NCBI GenBank assembly: GCA_021731005.1
Contig: JAKFYF010000081.1
Location: 1 to 51,837 of the forward strand
DNA length: 51,837 nucleotides
DNA from: Hyphomonadaceae bacterium
GTDB taxonomy: Bacteria > Pseudomonadota > Alphaproteobacteria > Caulobacterales > Aquidulcibacteraceae
Direction: 5' to 3'
A program made the position numbers and the translations under genes. The notes beneath the pieces are model-generated. The model searched no databases. It was not told the origin of the DNA and saw only the letters and a list, made by a program, of their open reading frames with translations. The number at the start of each line of letters is the position of its first letter. Position 1 is the stretch's first letter. Shown here one piece after another: positions 47,627-51,837 of this stretch.

Positions 47627-48466
47627 ATGACCAATCTTGATCGCCGCGCTGCGCTGATCGCAGCCATGCTGGCGCCGCTTGCGGCGTCGGCGTGCTCGCG
47701 CGGGCAAACGCAAACCTCCTCCGGCGTTGGCGAAACGCCGGAAGGGCCGGTCGTCCACGACATGAGTGACATGCCGGCGTCCTGGACCCAGGATAACCAG
47801 ATCGCCATGCTCTGTTATCCGCGCATGACGATCCTCGACCTGATCGGGCCGCAATACATGTTCTCGTCGCTGATGGGCGCCAAGGTCCATCTGGTGGCGA
47901 AGACGCGCGATCCGATCACGAGCGATACCGGCGTCACCATGGTGCCGACCGCAACATTCGAGGAAGTACCGCGCGACCTCACCGTTCTCTTCGCGCCGGG
48001 CGGCACGGATGGCACGCTGGCCGCCATGCGAGACGATGAGACGCGCAATTGGATGGCTGATCGTGGATCGCGCGCTCGATACGTCACTTCAGTATGCACG
48101 GGCTCGCTCATACTTGGCGCCGCCAGCTTGTTGCGCGGGTACAACGCGACATGCCATTGGGGCGGGCTCTCAGCCTTGAGCGAGTTCGGCGCCACGCCTG
48201 TCGACGCGCGCATTGTCAAAGACCGCAATCGCATCACTGGAGCGGGTGTTACCGCGGGCCTCGACTTTGGCCTGCAGATGCTGGCTGAGATGCGTGACCG
48301 CACCTATGCGGAAGGCGTGCAGCTCATGTGCGAATACGATCCGCACCCGCCGTTCAACGCGGGCTCCATTCACACAGCGCCCATCCACGTTCGGGCGATG
48401 ATCCAGGCCATGGTGGCGCCATTTCCAGGCCAGGTGCGCGACGTTGCGCGCGAAATTGCGACATAA
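47627..48466 (+). CDS. DJ-1/PfpI family protein, isonitrile hydratase-like, with Tat-lipoprotein signal
   Basis: DRRAALI..LAASAC signal; LDLIGP, RARYVTSVCTGSL.LGAA.LL, AT.HW, GVTAGLDF, EY.P.PPFNAGS..TAP. Confidence 0.85.
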   Translation: MTNLDRRAALIAAMLAPLAASACSRGQTQTSSGVGETPEGPVVHDMSDMPASWTQDNQIAMLCYPRMTILDLIGPQYMFSSLMGAKVHLVAKTRDPITSDTGVTMVPTATFEEVPRDLTVLFAPGGTDGTLAAMRDDETRNWMADRGSRARYVTSVCTGSLILGAASLLRGYNATCHWGGLSALSEFGATPVDARIVKDRNRITGAGVTAGLDFGLQMLAEMRDRTYAEGVQLMCEYDPHPPFNAGSIHTAPIHVRAMIQAMVAPFPGQVRDVAREIAT

Positions 48467-48475
48467 GAGGACACC

Positions 48476-49360
48476 ATGAAACTCAGATTGATCACAATGC
48501 TCGCCGCGATGTTGGCCGTCACGGCATGCGCGAGCACGCCGCCGTCAAGCGAGGGCCACCGGGATGTCACGATCCGGTTCGATGCCCGCGCCGGAGACAG
48601 CGCTATTCGCTGCGGGCAAGCGTTGACCGGGATCGGCGCATCGGGGGCGTCCGTCGCGTTGCAGGACTTCCGCGTTTATGTGTCGAACGTCCGCCTGATC
48701 TCTCGCGCCGGCGCCGAGACGCCGCTGCAACTGACGCCGGACGGCGCCTTCCAGAGCGATCGCGTCGCGCTGCTCGACTTCGAGAACGCGAGCGGCAATT
48801 GCAATGGCAACGTGCAGACGCACACGTCAGTGCAGGGTCGCGCGCCCGCCGGCGATTATGTCGGGCTCGCTTTCGATCTCGGCGTGCCGGTCGACCTCAA
48901 CCACCAGGACCCGACCATCGCGCCGGCGCCGCTCAACTTCTCGGCGCTGACCTGGCCCTGGCGCTATGGCTACAAGTTCACAACGATCGATCTTGAGACG
49001 GGTCGCGCGCCAGGCGCCGCACAGATGGGTCACGGGGCCAGCGGTTTCTCCATCCATCTCGGCAGCGTCGATTGTGGCGAGGGATCGCCCCGCACGCCGC
49101 CGGAGACGCCGTGCGCCTCTCCCAATCGGCCGAGCTATCGTCTCGACGCGTTTGACGCGCACACGCAGGTGGTTGTGCTCGACCTCGCGGCGCTTCTCGC
49201 CAATACGGATGTCACGATCAACCATCCCGGCAGTGCGTCCGGGTGCATGTCCACGGCCGATGATGACGATTGTGTCGCCATCATGGATCGTCTTGGGCTG
49301 AGCTTCCGTGGTCAGGCCTCGCGCGGTCAGCGCTTTGTACGAACGGCAACGGCGAACTGA
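48476..49360 (+). CDS. mbnP: MbnP family copper-binding protein (four-Cys metallo-mystery partner)
   Basis: Lipobox, QDFRVYVSNVRL, VALLDFEN..G.C, LGVP..LNH, WPW.YGYKF (WxW), HLGS..C, GCMS....DC. Confidence 0.9.
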   Translation: MKLRLITMLAAMLAVTACASTPPSSEGHRDVTIRFDARAGDSAIRCGQALTGIGASGASVALQDFRVYVSNVRLISRAGAETPLQLTPDGAFQSDRVALLDFENASGNCNGNVQTHTSVQGRAPAGDYVGLAFDLGVPVDLNHQDPTIAPAPLNFSALTWPWRYGYKFTTIDLETGRAPGAAQMGHGASGFSIHLGSVDCGEGSPRTPPETPCASPNRPSYRLDAFDAHTQVVVLDLAALLANTDVTINHPGSASGCMSTADDDDCVAIMDRLGLSFRGQASRGQRFVRTATAN

Positions 49361-49361
49361 C

Positions 49362-50537
49362 ATGCGGTGGGGCCGTGCTCTCGCAGTCTTGTTGGCGGCG
49401 TCGCTCCTGACCGGATGGGCGGCCAGCGGCGGCCTGCGCGAGCTCGGCGGCTATGTGCAAAGCCATTATGATTTCGGCCTTCCTTCGTGGACGCCGGCGC
49501 CGTTGGAGCCGGAGGGCAATCCGACGACGCCGGCGAAGGTCGAACTCGGGCGACGGCTCTTCTACGACACGCGCCTGTCACGGGATGGGACGATGTCATG
49601 CGCGAGCTGTCATCGCCAGGAGTTAGCCTTTACCGATGGACGCGCGACCTCGCCTGGCGTGACGGGGCAGCACACAGCGCGCAATTCGATGTCGCTGGCC
49701 AATGCCGGATATCAACCGGTGCTAACCTGGGCCAACCCGCTCATGCACTCGCTGGAGCAGCAAGCGCTGGTTCCATTGATTGGCCAGGAGCCGGTCGAAC
49801 TGGGGCTTGCGGGGATGGACGAAGAAGTCCGCGCACGGCTTCAGAGCGAGCGCATCTACCGGCGTCTCTTCCTTGAGGCTTTCCCCGAAGCGCGCGGCGA
49901 GATTTCGCTCGCCACCATCACGCGGGCGCTCGGCGCGTTTCAGCGCACCATCATCTCCGTAAGGTCGCCTTACGATCGCTATCGCTATGAAGGCGACGTC
50001 AACGCCGTTTCCGACGCCGTTATTCGCGGGGAGGCGCTCTTCTTCAGCGAACGCCTCGAATGCCATCATTGCCATAACGGTCTGCACTTCTCGGATACTG
50101 TCCTGCACGAGCGCAACCGGATCGGCGAACGCGCTTTTCACAATACGGGTCTCTACAACATCGATGGGCGAGGGGCTTATCCCGCCAACAATACCGGGAT
50201 TGCCGAGATCACGGGACGCCCCGAGGATATGGGCCGCTTTCGAGCGCCGAGTTTACGCAACGTGGCGGTGACTGCGCCCTATATGCATGACGGCTCGATT
50301 GCGACGCTGGACGAAGTCATCGATCATTACGCCGCCGGCGGACGTACAATCGCGAGCGGGCCAAACGCGGGCGTTGGCCGCGACAATCCGCTCAAGAGCT
50401 CGTTTCTTCCGGGCTTCGAGATGAGCGCCCAGGAACGCGCGGATCTGATCGCTTTCCTGCAATCGCTGACGGATGAACAATTCTTGCGCGATCCGCGCTA
50501 TGCCGATCCGTGGACGGAAGAGGAGAGACGGCGATGA
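49362..50537 (+). CDS. mbnH: MbnH family di-heme enzyme (bCcP/MauG superfamily)
   Basis: LGRRLFYDTRLS, CASCH and CHHCH heme motifs, FRAPSLRNVAVTAPYMHDGS; directly after mbnP. Confidence 0.92.
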   Translation: MRWGRALAVLLAASLLTGWAASGGLRELGGYVQSHYDFGLPSWTPAPLEPEGNPTTPAKVELGRRLFYDTRLSRDGTMSCASCHRQELAFTDGRATSPGVTGQHTARNSMSLANAGYQPVLTWANPLMHSLEQQALVPLIGQEPVELGLAGMDEEVRARLQSERIYRRLFLEAFPEARGEISLATITRALGAFQRTIISVRSPYDRYRYEGDVNAVSDAVIRGEALFFSERLECHHCHNGLHFSDTVLHERNRIGERAFHNTGLYNIDGRGAYPANNTGIAEITGRPEDMGRFRAPSLRNVAVTAPYMHDGSIATLDEVIDHYAAGGRTIASGPNAGVGRDNPLKSSFLPGFEMSAQERADLIAFLQSLTDEQFLRDPRYADPWTEEERRR

Positions 50538-50884
50538 AGCGTTTTCTTGGGGCCCTTCTGGCGCTGTTGATGATGACGGGGCCAGCCGCGGCGCACACGA
50601 CTCTACAAAGCACTTCGCCGGCCTCCGGCGCAGTGCTCACCCGGTCGCCGGAGCAAGTCACGATGACATTCGGCGAGCCGACGCGCCTTACGTCCGTGGC
50701 GCTTGTGACGGCAAGCAGTGAGCGGCGGCTCTCGTTCACGCCTTCGGGCAGCGCGACGACGTTTACAATTACCGCGCCCGCGCTCGTGGCGGGGCGCAAT
50801 GAACTGCGTTGGCGCGCATTGTCGCGCGATGGTCATCCAGTCGAAGGTTCGATCATACTCGTCGTCCGCCCGCCCAATCGGTGA
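50534..50884 (+). CDS. copC: Copper resistance protein CopC
   Basis: Signal peptide ending AAA/H, STSPA.GAVL, WRALS.DGH.V.G; no Met-rich loop. Confidence 0.9.
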   Translation: MKRFLGALLALLMMTGPAAAHTTLQSTSPASGAVLTRSPEQVTMTFGEPTRLTSVALVTASSERRLSFTPSGSATTFTITAPALVAGRNELRWRALSRDGHPVEGSIILVVRPPNR

Positions 50885-50887
50885 GGC

Positions 50888-51837
50888 ATGTTCGAAGCGC
50901 TTGCCGCAATCGCCAAGACATTGCTCTACGCCGCAGGTCTCAGCGGCGCCGGAATTGCGCTCGCACGCGCCAGCCTGGCTAAGGAAAGCGGATCTGAGGG
51001 AGAAGTGCTGGTGCGACAGGCTGGCCGCGCCGCTGGCGCCTTGGTTGTGGCGGCGGCTCTGGCGAGCGCCGCGATCCTTGTCATGCGGCTTGGCGGCTAT
51101 TGGGACGCGGGCACGCTTGGTGCGATCTTCCTGTCTCCAATCGGAGCGGGTTTGGCGCTGCACTGCGCAGGCGGCGTGGGGCTTATCCTAAGTTCGCGCC
51201 GCCTGCCGGCGCTAGCGTCTGCGGTGCTTGTTCTCGGCGGCTTTGCTTTGACCGGTCACGCTGCCGCGCGCGGCCCTGTGCTGGCGGTCGTGATGATGGC
51301 GCATCTTGGCGCCGCAGCTTGGTGGGTCGGAGGACTTTGGCTCCTTCTGCGCGGCAGTGGTCGCCTTCCGCTTGAACAGTTCAAGCAGCTTGTTGAACGC
51401 TTCAGCACGCTCGCGATCTGGATTGTCGCCGCGCTCTTTGCGGCGGGTGTCCTGACGGCGGCATTGCTGCTGGCGTTCAGTCCGGACCTGTCGCGGAGTT
51501 ACGACCGGGCGCTGCTCCTGAAGGCGGTCATTGCGCTAGCCGTGCTTGCGCTGGCCGTGTTCAACAAGCTCGTCTTGACGCCGCGCCTCAAACGCCCGGA
51601 CGGCGTTTCTTGGTTTCGTGGAGTTATCCGGGCAGAGTTTGTCCTGCTTTTTGGGGTGCTGGCGACGACCGCCTTCATGACAACCTACTTCTCGCCGCAC
51701 GAACCGCACGCGGCGCCTGTTGAGCGCGTGGCCGCTGAGGTCGAGGGGCTCGCCGTCATAGACCCATGGGCTTCGGTCACGCCCGGCGGCGTCTCCCAGA
51801 GCGCGGGATACTTCATCCTTCGCAATGACAGCCGCGA
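50888..51837 (+). CDS. copD: CopD family membrane protein apparently fused to a PCu(A)C copper chaperone; 3'-truncated by window edge
   Basis: ALTGHAA, AHL.AAAWWVGGL, ERFS, LLLK, FNKLVLTPRL, then in frame AVIDPWASVTPGG...AGYFILRN. Confidence 0.85.
   Translation, partial: MFEALAAIAKTLLYAAGLSGAGIALARASLAKESGSEGEVLVRQAGRAAGALVVAAALASAAILVMRLGGYWDAGTLGAIFLSPIGAGLALHCAGGVGLILSSRRLPALASAVLVLGGFALTGHAAARGPVLAVVMMAHLGAAAWWVGGLWLLLRGSGRLPLEQFKQLVERFSTLAIWIVAALFAAGVLTAALLLAFSPDLSRSYDRALLLKAVIALAVLALAVFNKLVLTPRLKRPDGVSWFRGVIRAEFVLLFGVLATTAFMTTYFSPHEPHAAPVERVAAEVEGLAVIDPWASVTPGGVSQSAGYFILRNDSR

Noticed and set aside
48476-50537. Methanobactin biosynthetic cluster
   Set aside because: No mbnA, mbnB or mbnC in the window; mbnPH pairs are widespread without methanobactin

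Overview
GC-rich, alphaproteobacterial-looking window (Caulobacterales/Hyphomonadaceae style is my inference) that reads as the interior of a large conjugative or integrative island. In order: the end of a molybdenum-cofactor operon (moaE-moaB-moaC-moeA) and an amidase; a LysR regulator with a small reverse-strand gene block; a redox/stress block (GST, PNPOx-FNR-2Fe2S fusion, PNPOx-like, AhpD/CMD, thiolase, OsmC hydrolase, TetR, Dps); four co-oriented orphan-like genes separated by degenerate repeats (including a RipA/Rip1-like membrane protein and a nucleotidyltransferase-like protein); a Tn4371-type conjugation module (traG, RHH protein, trbBCDEJLFGI) with no relaxase or integrase in the window; an Rrf2-porin-sbp-cysTWA sulfate uptake module; an orphan mobile mystery protein A; and a copper-acquisition operon (DUF2946 leader, TonB receptor, two exported DJ-1/PfpI proteins, MbnP, MbnH, CopC, CopD-PCuAC fusion). 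Best leads: (1) exported isonitrile-hydratase-like enzymes inside the copper operon, suggesting isonitrile-chalkophore uptake and copper release; (2) a repeat-delimited, cassette-like candidate defence array; (3) two covarying cloverleaf DNA elements bracketing the T4SS plus sulfate block. All family calls come from motif recognition by eye; no database search was run.
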